Below, one piece after another: positions 36,003-48,837 of a stretch of 64,000 nucleotides of DNA; positions within the stretch are counted from its first letter, which is position 1; each line of letters starts with the position of its first letter. Position numbers and translations under genes: made by a program. Source of the stretch: Cirrosporium novae-zelandiae (lineage: Eukaryota); assembly GCA_026023565.1 (NCBI GenBank), contig JAPETS010000013.1, positions 62,001-126,000 on the forward strand, read 5' to 3'. The notes beneath the pieces are model-generated. The model saw nothing but the letters and a program-made list of their open reading frames with translations, did not search any database and was not told the origin of the DNA.

Positions 36003-37778
36003 TTATACCTCAACCGTGGTCTCCTCGGCGGATTTCCGAACATTCGCCAATTCAACCCCTCCAGTTTCGTCTTCCGTATTCCCATTAGGACTCACCACCA
36101 CCATCATGATATCCTCATTCCCCTCCTCTTCCTCTCCCCCCCGCCTCCTACACCCCCCCTTACCAAATCCAAACAAATTCCCAAACACATGTCCCACAGC
36201 CTTAACCGTAGGTCTCTGTTTTCGAAACCTCTCATCAATAGCCTCCAAGCTCCTACCCCTAGTCTCTGGCATCCCGACCACACACACCAACACGGTAAAA
36301 AGAATACAACTCCCAAAAAGGAAATAGACTCCATAAGCCGAATGCGCTAAAAAGATCGGCGTCGTAAACGCTACAATAAAATTCACGAACCAATTCGAGC
36401 TGAGGGCGATGCTGGTGGCGGGAGCTCTGGTCAGGGGAGGCTGGATCTCAGACGCATATACGCGCATGCTGACAGCCCAAGTGACGTCGTAGACAATAGC
36501 GAAGATGTAGAGGGAGGCGATAACAACCCAGCGGGCCGGGCCGAAGCGAGCGTGCACGGCCTTGGCCGCGTACAGACTGCCGATTAGCAGCATGCAGGCG
36601 GCGAGGACCACGCCCCCGGAGATCGTGGAGGTGCGGCGGCCCCATTTATCTGCTAGGAGGAAGGCTGGGATGGTGAAGAGCATCATTAGGAGGGCAGAGA
36701 CGCCGGAAGCGAGGAATGAGGCTTCGTCCGATGAGAGGCCTGCTTGGCGGAAGAGGAGGGGGGCATAGTAGAGCACCCCGTCGATGCCGCTGAGCTGCTG
36801 CATACCCATTAGGAATACGCCTAGGAATGTGCGGCGGCGAACGTCTTTTCTGAAGATACGGAAGTAGGGGTTCAATTTGGCCTTTAGCTTCCCTGGTTGG
36901 GACGATGGGGTTGGTGTTGGACACGGCGTCGTTGTAATCAACGATCGACGGGGAGGAGTCTCCTTCTCCCGCTCCGCAGCGGAAACCCCTAGCCGATCCC
37001 ACACCCGCCCCGTTCCCGCACCCCTCCCGACCTGCGTTAGCCACCTAGGAGACTGTGGAAGAAAAAGACACGCGACGGCGAACCCAAACGCACAGAACGA
37101 ATGCACGGCCAACGGGAGACGCCACGAGGCCGAGGAGCCAATATTGAGAGTGCCATAAGAAATAAAATACCCCAAGCAGATCCCCACAGTGGTTGCGAAC
37201 TGGGCGGTGGACGCCAGCGGGCCCCTCAACCTAGGCGGGGAGATCTCGCAGATATACACGACGCCTGTGCTTAGGAACAGACCCTCCCCAATTCCAGTGA
37301 TGGCCCTTCCCACAATCAGCATGGCGATGTCAACGGCGGCCGCCTCCAGCGCGGTGCCGATGCCGAAGATCAATGCCCCGATTGCAGATCCCCGCGGGCG
37401 GCCTACATCGTCTGCAAGCTTGCCAGCGAAGAAGGATGCCGTGGCTGCTGGGATCAGGATGGAGGACACGACAAGTCCCCGCATCGTGGCTGAAAGTGTC
37501 CCGAAGGATTTGGAGAATGAACTCATGGTTGTGACAGGGCCGATGGTTCCTGTGTCTAGGCTGTGGTGTTTGGTCTTGGTCAACACAGACGTACATGTTT
37601 ACATATTCTAGGTAGATGTCGGTGTAGGTGTTGATATGCATCTTTAGATGGAAATCACATACCCGAAAAGCATCCCTCCAATGGACATGACAATAGAGGC
37701 TCGGACGTAAAGCGGTGGGTTTAAAACCCTCCGCAGACGATGTGTCCATTCATGCCATCGTGGAAGTAGGCTCTCCAT
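36003..37778 (-). CDS. MFS sugar porter family transporter, 2 exons
   Basis: Exon 1 MESLLPRW...SIGGMLFG|LDTGTIG; then LADDVGR, VGRAITGIG, YICEISPPRLRG, PQSPRWL, QQLSGID, ADKWGRR and PETRGRSLE. Confidence 0.92.
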
Positions 37779-38637
37779 CAATTCGTCAATCGTTCTCACA
37801 AAAAAATGACGATGAGATTATAGTGGCAAATATATATGCATATAAAGAATAATTAATTTGAACAAAGCCTCAAATGAAGGATTACATATCTACTCGAGTA
37901 CTACTCCGCTGTGTAAACACCACTGCCGATAACAGTCCTAAGCTATACCGTTTTGGGTATAAATATAGTGGCCTCAGGCACTAAAACCTAACCTGAACAT
38001 CTATCATCGACGATCGCATCTTTCCTTCTTCCTTTCATATAATTACCATACATTTAGATGCGACCATTGAGATTATTACAATATCTTTTCCTTAATGAAC
38101 CACTGTTGATACGAACAATAATTGAATTTAACCATGTAGACAGCAAGCAAGGCTGACTTCGCCGGCAAAGGTGACTAGTTAGGCTTGTTATCTTTATTAG
38201 ATTTTCTTGAAGCCTTCGGCGCTCTTCCACCGAATTGGTGTATGTCCATTAGTTTCTAGTCTAACCCGCCCGGGGCTTATATTTGCTACAATGTCACACA
38301 AGGCTGAGAAGCGTTCAGCAGAAAAGGCCCGTGCCTATTCCTATCATTATCCGGAAGCCTCGTGTGTGAAGCAATTATTGTTCTTAGCTACATATACCCT
38401 CAAGGAACAAATCTCACAAATGGTCCAATGGCCGTATTCCTGCAAATTACACAGCAAGGAGAGGCTTACCTACTTAGCACCACTGAAGGGCACTACGGCC
38501 AAATTATTAAATGCCGAGCCTTGGAGTGATTTTCCCTTTTTATCAAAATTTTCGACAATAGTTTGGGACGAAGAAATCAAATACTTTACATCCATATCAA
38601 CGGGGATACTTCAAGATAACGGAACCTTACTTGAGAA

Positions 38638-41600
38638 ATGACTGACCAAACTGCACCACACGAAAGACCAGATGAACGTAGCGGCTCTTCTCCGGCTCAA
38701 GATACCATGGCTGACCATGACACGGAAGCTGTGCAAATCGAGCAAGATGCTGAATCAATACCGCCTGAGGCTCCTACTACTTCCCTCACAGAGGAAACCT
38801 CCGCTAGCCCTCTAACCGAAGATTACCTATCTACTACCCTCCCGGCCGAGGAAACTCTCCTAAACGATCCTATTGTGCCTGATCAGGACGCACGCCTAGG
38901 TTCTTCTGCCGCAGGAGTATCTCCAGTAGAAGAAGTTCCTGCTCCTGAGTCTTTTACCGATAAAGACGCTACAAATACTAGACAAGCACAGCTTGATAAC
39001 GAACTACTAGATGCTGCCAATAGCGGGAATGAATCACACGTCATAGAGTTAATAGGGAAGGGTGCAAGTGTCACAGCCAGGAGAGACAATAATGAGACAG
39101 CACTACATCTAGCTGCTCGTTTAGGACACTTGGGCGTGGTAAAAACACTCTTAGAAAACAAGGCAAGGGTGGAAGCTCAAGATAAGGAAGGATGGACTGC
39201 CTTATATGGAGCTAGTAGTCATGGACACACAGAAATAGTTGATTTACTGCTTGAAAAGGGGGCAGCAACGAATATTAAGAGCAAAGAGGGGAACACCGCA
39301 CTACATGCAGCCGCTAAATATGGACATGAAGCTACAGTACAACTTCTTTTAAAAAATGGCGCAGAACGAAGTGTTCAAAACACAAAAGGATGTACCGCGC
39401 TATATTTAGCCGCTGTAAATGGAAATACAGCGGCAGTACAACTTCTTTTAAAAGATGGCGCGGAAATAATAAATATCAAAGCGAAAGGAGGATGGACCGC
39501 ACTACATGCAGCCGCTGAATATGGACATGATGCTACAGTACAACTTCTTTTAAAAAACGGCGCAGAACGAAGTATGCAAAACATAAAAGGATGTACCGCG
39601 CTACATTTAGCCGCTGAATTTGGACATGAAGCTGCAGTACAACTTCTTTTAAAAGATGGCGCGGAAATAATAAATATTAAAGAGAAAGAAGGATGTACCG
39701 CGCTACATTCAGCCGCTGAATATGGACATGAAGCGGTAGTACAACTTCTTCTAAAAAACGGCGCGGAAGTAAATATTCAAGACAAACAGGAATGCACCGC
39801 GCTACATTTAGCCGCTGAATTTGGACATGAAGCCGTAGCAAAACTTCTTTTAGAGAACGGCGCAGGAATAAATATTAAAGCCTTCGAAGGATGGACCGCG
39901 CTACATATAGCCGCTATGCATGGGCATAAAACGGTAGTACAACTTCTTTTAGAAAAGGGCGCAGAAATAGAGGCAAAAACGAAGGATGGCGAGACCGCGT
40001 TATATTTAGCTGCAAGTGAGGGGCATGAAGAGATAGTTAAGGAACTATATGATGAAGTGCGTAAATCTACGCCAGCAACACAGTCTCCAGATTTCGAAAG
40101 TAAGAGCATGGATGAATGGAAACCATTACACTGGGCAGCTTATTATGGGGATTACACAGCGGCATGGTTGTTATTGGAAAATAGTAAACGCAACGAGGAG
40201 GATAGAAAGATGGCACAGGAAATAGCTAAGAGAATGATGGAGGAGATCAAGAAGAAAGGGAAAAATGCTGGAATAAAAACTCGCATGGGGGAGTCTGCTC
40301 AAAGAGCCCCTAGGGAAAATATAAAGAAAGGTCACACTCCACTGACACGAGGGATGGTCGAGGACCAAGAACGGGACCAAGAGCATGACCAAGAGCATGA
40401 CCAAGAGCATGACCAAGAGCAGGACCAAGAACGGGATTCTGGAAGTATTAGTGACGTTGACATTGGTGTAGTGGTGAAGAGGTTGAGCGAGAACAAACAA
40501 TATGAGCTCTCGGCTGAAGATAAATACTCACTCACCCTAGATATATTACAAAATATCTTCACTGTGCAGAGAGTGTTTGATATCCCCGAATCGTACGAAA
40601 ACCCGTCAGTGGGTAAATCGGTAAAGGATATAGTTAGTAAGTTTGACGCAACCATCGTGGATTTCTATCATTGGGACGGAAAAGTGGATTTTCTTCGTCG
40701 ATCGCAGAATGTGTACAATGTGATTTACCGCTATGGAACTGAAAAAGGCATGCATGAAGCCAGAACAATTTATGAGCACATTAGCGGCAAGAGTGGACGA
40801 CCGAAAAAATACAACAAAGAGGATCTATGCTTCAGATGGATACATTTACCGGCCAATAATGTAAGTCCACAGCCATGGACTGTGTGAGGAGGTGACTAAC
40901 TCTTACTAGATGGAATGGATGAAGGTAGTAATTGGAGAAAATTTCTTCAGGTACCACAACGCTGACACTTTCTGATAGGATTTGACAAAAAGAATATATT
41001 TAGATAAAGGGAGGGAAGAGGATGAATATCATTCATTGAGAGACTTCTTCCGTCAGAGCTGGCACGAGCTTCCCAAGGGAACGTCCGAGTCTCGTTTCAT
41101 GGAACCTACATGCAGAGTACGTGTTAATTGAATCAACTGATTGCAGATAGACAAGTTAACAAGCAGAATTTTTAGAAAAGAGCAAAGAAGAGTGCAGATA
41201 AGGCCACACAGGACAACCAAAACGAGCACTCGATAGTTGCACTTTATGTAAGTGTGATGATTCCACATGCAATTGTCTGCTAACTGTCATGTAAGATGCC
41301 TTATGTCACTTTCGGAACGCATACTCCTAAAACCAATAATAAAGATACTGATGTGGTATCACAAGAGGTTTCTAAGAAATATATCGGTTTAAATAAGGCT
41401 TATAGTGGAAAGATTATTCATGGATCGCGTACATTGGACCGATTCTATTATCATTCCTTGGAGAACACAGACGACCGTGATGAGGACCAGGTCATGACTC
41501 GCTACTTTACAAAAAGGGTAAAGCTTGAACAAGACGAACTATATCCAATTCTCAAGATAGATCAGTTGTGGCTCTGGGTAATTGATGCCGGTATTTTCCA

Positions 41601-43033
41601 AGATTTATACCTCTTTACGTCCTGACATCTGACAATTGGCTTAGAAACCATCATCACTAGCTCTACACACAGACTCGATGACAAGGAAGATCCCGTTCTC
41701 CGAAGAATCTTCGATCGGCTGAAAGAACAAAGAGAAACGGAAAAGGGCCAGCCTCCGCCTTCTTCGGTGGATGAAATGAGCAAATTCATCGGGAACTGCT
41801 GTATTGATTTCATTCATAGCTTAACTCTAGAAATCGGTAATTCCAAGGAATCCCCCAGCCAAATCTTCGCGAATTCCATCAACGAGAAGGTCTGTCAAAT
41901 TCATTGAATTACTTTCTTTGTAAATGTGTTCGCCATGCTAAATTTAAGTAGGCCAATGAGGAAGCACACCTCTTCGGCGCATTTAAAAAAAGAATGGAAA
42001 AAAAGATCAAAGACCAGAAGAACGAACGCGAGCATAATAATCAAGATTCGAAATTTATCAGCACTGCGGCCGAAGACCAAAGGAATGAAAGCGAGCAAAA
42101 TAACCAACATTTCAAGTCTATCTACAATGCGGCCGACCTTATGGGTGAAGTCAAAGACATCCGAGACGAACTCAACATGCTTAAAAGCTTACTCAAACAG
42201 CAAGAAACTGTTTGGGAAGATCTTTTCGATCAGCCTCGAACAAAGGACATGGGTAAAGGTCCTGCTCGTCTCATTCAAGATATAGAGAGCATGGAGAGAA
42301 ATGTAGAGATTATCCAGGATTCGGTATTTCAATCATTTTCGATATTTATATTAGCCTCTAATGAGACTAGGTCAATAACATTCTGAGCCTGGAACAGAAT
42401 GAGGTCAACATCGTCGAAGCTGTTTTAGCAAGGGATCAGGCGGAAGAGGCAATACAACAAGGAAAGGTCGTTTTGGTCTTCACGATTGTGACCATCATAT
42501 TTGTGCGTCAATTTTAAAACCTGTCTTTTCAAAGGGGCGGTTCTAATTAGTCGTGCATTAGCTACCCATGTCATTCTTGACATCTTTTTTTGCATTGAAC
42601 ATTAGGTCATTCCCGCATGAGTCTGGAGATGTTGTGTACACGCTACACTGGATACTCCCAATAACCCGTGAGTGTCTAAGGAGTGCTTTAGAGTTATCAG
42701 ATAAAGCTAACTGCATACATAGTTGGGGTTTCAATAGCTTTCATTGTCCCGTTAATATTGGTGGCCATCTCCATAGATACGATAAGAAAATGGTGCAAAG
42801 TCGGATGGGATAGGATTATGCTCAAATCAGGGATAATGTGGAATGAGATGGTAAAAAAAAGAGACTCGAAAGGAAACTTGGATGATGCTAGTGACGAACG
42901 GGCTCGACCCCAGCTACCTAGTGATTCTCTTGAATTTTTTTTAAAAAGGAAAAGCAAAGGGAACCTCCTTCCAATGTCTAACCCTACTGGAGAACAGGTT
43001 GATAGATATGACAAGGGAAGTGAATTGTCTTGA
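38638..43033 (+). CDS. Ankyrin-repeat protein with a C-terminal CorA-like two-TM domain, about 10 exons
   Basis: About 12 ankyrin repeats, then FRWIHLPANN|MEWMK, HGSRTLDRFYY, DRDEDQV, IDQLWLWVID, EVKDIRDELNML and QGKVVLVFTIVTIIF|LPMSFLTSFFALNI. All 9 GT-AG introns keep the frame open to the stop at 43033. Confidence 0.85.
40363..40437 (+). repeat. 12-bp coding tandem repeat (GACCAAGAGCAT; DQEH/DQER x6)
   Basis: Direct reading within the ankyrin-CorA gene linker. Confidence 0.9.
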
Positions 43034-43721
43034 GTGGTGGGCTACGAGGTTTAAGCTTGTTGGAGGGCAATTTGATGGAGGCAGTGAATGATTGTATATT
43101 CCCTTGAGTGATGCCCTTTTCTAGTCTATACTAATTTGTAACTATGGGAATGAAGTATCTCTTACTACTCTACTCAACTCTAGTACCTCGACACTTTCTC
43201 CTAACTAGACATATAACAATAGCTAGATTTACTTTTCATAAAATTCATTCTACATCCTTGGATAAAATAACCATCTTGGCATCTCCCAGCTCATGTGTTC
43301 CTATAAAGGAGGAGGCGACATATTTGCAAACAACCACCGTTTGCTTCTCCTGCTTCTCTTGTTTTTTTCAAGAATAAAATTTGCCTTTTAGGATTAATAT
43401 AAAAAGGTCGATACCCAACTAACTAGATACATAACCAAACCAACCAACTCCCTTACTCACATACCAACTTACTCCCATTAAAAATCTCCTCTCTTCCCTT
43501 CCTTTAGCCCCCTCCCCCACAGATAAACTACAATAAAATTACAATAACCACAAATAAAAACACCTCATACTTCATATTCCGTTTATCCACTACGTCTAGC
43601 CATCTCAGTCTAACAACCAACACTTTTATTTTTATTTTATTTTATTTTATTCATATTTTTGGAGAGAGGAGTGGTATCGTGTTGAAGGGTTGAAAGATCA
43701 ATCTATCTGGTTAATTTAGGC

Positions 43722-45647
43722 ATGCCGACAGCCTCTAGGAAGAGTCACGGTCACGGTCATGGCTATCGTGGCCATAGTCGAGATCGCGACCGAGGAGGTG
43801 AGAGAGGTGAGAGAGTGGAGGGGTTTGATATGCAACGGCAAGGCCATGGAGACATGGGAATCCATAGACGCCACAGAGAGAGTTTAGATCCTAGGGCCTG
43901 TCGAGATGGGGGGCCAAGGATGAAAGAAGATCCACGATTTGATGGTGGAGGGCCAAATAATGATACATGCCATTCCCGACGATGTTGCAGTCAAGATGCA
44001 ATATCATCTTCCACAAACCATTTTTCTCCAGGCAAGGAGAAACACGCCCAGACACATGCCCAGGCGGCCTGCTACTGCGCGTGTGGCCCACCAGACCGCC
44101 ACCTCGAGCATAGATACAACGAACACGACATGCCGTTCCACTACCACTGTGCTCAAACCCTACTCCGAACTCACGCATTCCAAGACGGCTATCCAGAAAC
44201 CTCCATTCACTATTCTAGCTGCTGTACCTGCGGCACCTGCCTCCCCTGCTCGCCGAAACTCCCCGTAGGCGACTGTACCACTAACATCGAGTATCTTGTT
44301 TTCGGCCGCGAGGTCGATCTAGAGATGTTGGAGCTGCATCGGAAGAGTGCGGAGGGGAGGTCGAGGGATATGTATCGGAGGTGGATGGGCGAGTTGCGGG
44401 GGGAAGAAAGGAGGAGGGTGGGGAGGAGATATGATAGGAAGCGGGAGCGGTTGCGGGGGGAGTATAAAGGGGAGAGGAAGGATCTTGTTGAATTCTGGAG
44501 TGGGAGGATTGGAAAGGCTGGAGGGGGGAAGGATAGAGCGCGAGAGGAGAAAGGTCAGTTGAAAGTGAAAGATAACAAGAGAGGCAAAGGAAGCTCTAGC
44601 AGAGTCATTTCTCTCTGCTATTGTAAGTGTGCATGCCACGGAGACAGCACTGACTTCACCCCAGAACCGAGCACAAGGAAGGACACCAGCTATCCCAGAA
44701 ACCAAGAAACGCCACAAGAAAATAAAATGCAAGGGACACACGACCTCACAGAATTTGAAAAGGCGATACAGGAGTCAAAGAAAACATATATGGCGGAAGA
44801 GGCCGCAAGAGGCTCCAGCCGTCTGGATGCGGAGACCTCCACCTCCACCTCCACCTCCACCACCACTACCACTACAACCATCAAGGCCACAAGAACCAAA
44901 TCAAGTTGGACAAAAGATCTAGATTGGAGAGACCACAGCGAAATTAGAATTCTTGGAGAGGTAATTGGGGATTTCGCCCATCGGCTTCGTGTCCTGCTAC
45001 GGGAATGCGAAGAAGAAGAAGAAATCCAGGGGAGGACTGTAGAACCCAGAGGGTCTGAAGCAAGCAACAACAATAATAACCTTGGAGGACTTGAACTCGA
45101 TCTAAATTCACGAGAAAGCGAGGCTGGATCATTCGAAGCCGATCCCCCAGGTATGCCGAAAGGGAACAAAGCAACCCAAACCCCAAACCCAGACACAACA
45201 ACACCACATTCAGGAGATAAACGCCGACAACCAAACTCACCACCACCACTACCTCCTACTACCACTACCACTGCCACAACTACAAAATCAACACCGCCTA
45301 CCGAAACTAAAACTCACGCCTCCGAACTCGCCGACCGCAAACTAGCAGAGAAATTACAGCAGAAATTCTGCAACGAAGCTGGAATGAAGGGTGTGGATGG
45401 GCTCCTCACAGGATCCAATTCGAATCGCTATTCGAAATCCGTGAGCTTTGCAGACGGTGGTGCCGGTGGGGCTGGAGGAGAATGTAAAGCCAAAGCTAGA
45501 ACCGAAACCAAAATCGAAATCGGGCCTGGGTCTTCTGGGTCTGGGTCTCGCGGGAATGGGAATGGGAATAAGAATGGTGATAGTATGGTTGATGTTGACG
45601 AAGCTGGCTGGGAGGATGTTCATGATATCTTTAGTAGTAGTAGTTAG
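43722..45647 (+). CDS. Uncharacterised 641-aa protein with Cys/His clusters and low-complexity regions
   Basis: Long uninterrupted ORF with ATG; CYCACG, CCTCGTCLPC and CYCKCACH clusters; no family recognised. Confidence 0.55.
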   Translation: MPTASRKSHGHGHGYRGHSRDRDRGGERGERVEGFDMQRQGHGDMGIHRRHRESLDPRACRDGGPRMKEDPRFDGGGPNNDTCHSRRCCSQDAISSSTNHFSPGKEKHAQTHAQAACYCACGPPDRHLEHRYNEHDMPFHYHCAQTLLRTHAFQDGYPETSIHYSSCCTCGTCLPCSPKLPVGDCTTNIEYLVFGREVDLEMLELHRKSAEGRSRDMYRRWMGELRGEERRRVGRRYDRKRERLRGEYKGERKDLVEFWSGRIGKAGGGKDRAREEKGQLKVKDNKRGKGSSSRVISLCYCKCACHGDSTDFTPEPSTRKDTSYPRNQETPQENKMQGTHDLTEFEKAIQESKKTYMAEEAARGSSRLDAETSTSTSTSTTTTTTTIKATRTKSSWTKDLDWRDHSEIRILGEVIGDFAHRLRVLLRECEEEEEIQGRTVEPRGSEASNNNNNLGGLELDLNSRESEAGSFEADPPGMPKGNKATQTPNPDTTTPHSGDKRRQPNSPPPLPPTTTTTATTTKSTPPTETKTHASELADRKLAEKLQQKFCNEAGMKGVDGLLTGSNSNRYSKSVSFADGGAGGAGGECKAKARTETKIEIGPGSSGSGSRGNGNGNKNGDSMVDVDEAGWEDVHDIFSSSS

Positions 45648-46150
45648 TAATAGTTAGTAATCCTTTCACCGGTCCTACTATCCAAACCCCAGAGTCAAAG
45701 CTTATCAGTTAGCCTTATATTAGTTTTTGATATACTCTACCCACAACGAAGATCAGATTCCCCATACAAAGATCAAAGTCCATCCATCCATCCATCCATC
45801 CATATCCATCTATTCATTAATGAAATTACCAGTTAGGTAAGACACTCCCCTCCTTCCTTCCTTCCTTCATTCCTATAGCAAATATACATAATTTAATTGC
45901 ATCCATAAAGTATTTTATAGGGAGGGGAGGGGTGGGGGTTGATATTGCACTAACAGAACTGCAAATCGAAAGAAAGAAAGAAAAAGAAAAATGGCAAGGA
46001 CAAGGACAGGGAAGGATATTGATATGATATGACAAAACTCCCAGCACCCCCTATACTCTAACTCCAACTTCCAACTCCAAAAACGTATAAAATATAAAGC
46101 ACGACTCCGCATCCCAACAAGCTAACTAACTAACTGCCCCTCACCCCCCA

Positions 46151-46587
46151 TCACCCCCTCCCTATCCCAACAATCCCAACCCCACTATATCCCCCACTAC
46201 CCCCACTCCCACCCCCTCCTGATCCCATCCCCCCACCCCCCATGCCCATGCCCGGACGACTATACCTACCCCCATTATTATGTCCCTCTTCTTGTCCGGC
46301 ACCTGGGGATTTTGAGGAACGAGTGGAGGTGGGCGGGGGGTGTTGGAGCATCCAGCCGTTTCCGTGACAGGTTGGGCAGGTGGGGGTGGGGGTGGGACCT
46401 CTGTTTGGTGTTAGTTTGGGTGAGGGAGAGGTAGGGGAAGGGGGTGGTGGTTAGGTTTTTTGAGGGGGTAGGGGGTTATTGGATAGGGGGTTTGGAAGTT
46501 TGTAGGGGGGGCTCTTGATATATATACGTACCTAGGAGCATGGCCAGCACATTCAGGACATGTTATAACAGTCTGCCCAGATGACAT
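46151..46587 (-). CDS. Small (101 aa) protein with a DnaJ-type CxxCxG zinc-finger pair and a Gly-rich tail, 2 exons (intron 46531-46401)
   Basis: The intron GTACGT...ACTAAC...AACAG joins MSSGQTVITCPECAGHAPR to GPTPTPTCPTCHGNGWMLQHPPP...GMGMGGGGMGSGGGGSGGSGGYSGVGIVGIGRG*. Confidence 0.65.
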
Positions 46588-48837
46588 GATGACTTATTAT
46601 GGCAAAGGGTGTCGCCTTAAATATCCTATTCACCCTTCAACCTCAAAAAAAAGGGGGGGAGTGAAAAAAAAATACTTTCAAGAGGATGATTCAAATCAAA
46701 AAGGTTTAGTTTAGTTTAGGTATATTGTTATAACGAATATGTTGTTAGCAAGTCAGTCAGTCTGTGTGCATCCAATTCAGATAAACAAAAAATGTTAAAC
46801 AAGTAAAAGCTGAAAACACACTTCTCTTTATACTTTTTTTTTTTGATATTCGTCTCTCATATAGATGGATGGTTTTTTTTTTGAGCTAGAATGTAATAGC
46901 TTGGTTTCCTCTCTCTCTTGCTGCTGCTGCTATTCATGACTATCAGCCCTACACTATAGAACCGATTTCATATCCTGTCGTACCTTGTACTACTCTTTCA
47001 TCGTATTCATCCATAGAGGGAAAAAAAAAACTCTTGCTGGTTTTCATTGAAACAACCCATCAGCCAGCCAGCCAGCCAGCCGTCAAAAGGGTTCCAGGTC
47101 CTAGAGTGAGTGAGTGCTACAGTAACGATGCAGCCTCCCCCCCGGAAAGACCTCGTGGGATTTCCGATAAAGAAAAAAAAACCTCGAAAAGTTGTTTTTA
47201 GGAATATTGTGTTGTGTTTACAAATGCAGGAACAAGAGACTTGGTTTCGCGCAACCCCAGGGGGATCGGGGGAGCGGAGATCGCCATAGGCTCGGAAAAG
47301 TTATAGCTTTGCCTGCCTGCCATATGTGGATCTGTTTTCCCTTTGTCGCTCGCGTTGACCCTTCCCAAGGGAGGGATGGATGGATGGATGATTCCTGCTA
47401 GCTTAGCGGTGAAGGTACTTTTTCTTTTTCAAGAAGTTTTCTTTAGATTGAACACAACTCGGGGAACCGGATAGCGAAGATGAAAGAGAGGTTTGTACGA
47501 CAAGAAGACGCAGCCTTGTTGGCAGAATTTCATGCAGGCGCTTTTCACGTGCTGAGGTCCACCTCATTAGTTAGTTAGCAGCTGAAAGGGGGGGGGGGGG
47601 CGACACACCCAGTAGTATTGTGCATATCACTCACTAACCCACTCTTTCAAAAAAAAATGATAACATTTGAGTAAATCAAAGAAACGGTGAAGGATAACTA
47701 AGTTGGCAGAGAAAGCTAGGCTGCTGATAGTAGTTTGTAGCAACAAAGCTGTACAAGATGAAAAACAAGCCAAAGGGACACAATGGTCCACCAAAAAGAC
47801 TTGGTGGGCATGTGACGCACCCACCAAATATTTCAAGTTCAAAGGGGGGGCTATGACTATGCGCTCTCGAGTCACACCAAGTATCGAGGAGCTGTTGAAG
47901 ATTTAACCTCGTAGGATCGGGTTCCATCACACAATCCCCTTGGTAGCTGATCAGCTATTTTTATGTATAGTGTGCTGGTATCAAAGAGAAGGAGAATAGG
48001 AGACAAAGGGCTCAAAATTGGTCAGGTACTGGTGAATAAGAAATGGGGAAAATAGGTTAGGTGACGACATCAAGATGAAATATCAGACCCTGAGACGGAT
48101 CAATACATAGAGGGCTGGGTCTGTAAGATCTAAAATTTGAGGAATCTAGAGCGATTGAAAATGAGAGATGCGTAAGCATGATGCCAGTACTATCAAGAAG
48201 ATTAACATAACATGGGTTGTAGAAAAGTAGGACACGGCATATCGACCAAGTTATTGGACCAGTAACCAACTCCCTTCTGCTTCACGGTAGTTAAGTTGTT
48301 CGTCCCAGAAGAATAATCGTTGGCTAAGGGTAGAGGCAGAATGTAAGTATCCGATTGGATGCTTAACCGTCATCACTATCAGAGTCCCAAGGTTTCAGAC
48401 AAGATTCTTCTTCTGGGATTTAGGGCTATCGGGTCAGGTGAATGCTGGTAGTATTTGCTAACCCTAGAAAAGAAACATAATAGACTACCCTTAAGCCAGA
48501 CTACATGTGTTACACCCAAACAATTCTTCTGCTTGACAAAGCCACCATTATGAAACGTGTCGCCTCAACGTTGCTAACACCAATCGTTCCCGAGTAGCGC
48601 CCTGAGTCATGTTGATGCCAACCTTTTAAGCACCGTGTTCCCATACTACAGTTGAATCATAGATGACTTGCATGCCTTAAACTTGTCCCAGCCAGCCATC
48701 TCTACCTAGAGCCCTCCCGAACCTTTGCCTACCGTTGCACTGTCGTCATTCATAACACCATAAATGCGCCTCAAAAGACAGGAAGAACCTACCACCAGAT
48801 ATCCTTATGACGAAATTAATATATTCCATAGAGCCAA

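Noticed and set aside
38207..38641. 144-aa ORF abutting the ankyrin gene
   Set aside because: TTG start and no recognisable motif; probably promoter or 5' UTR sequence.
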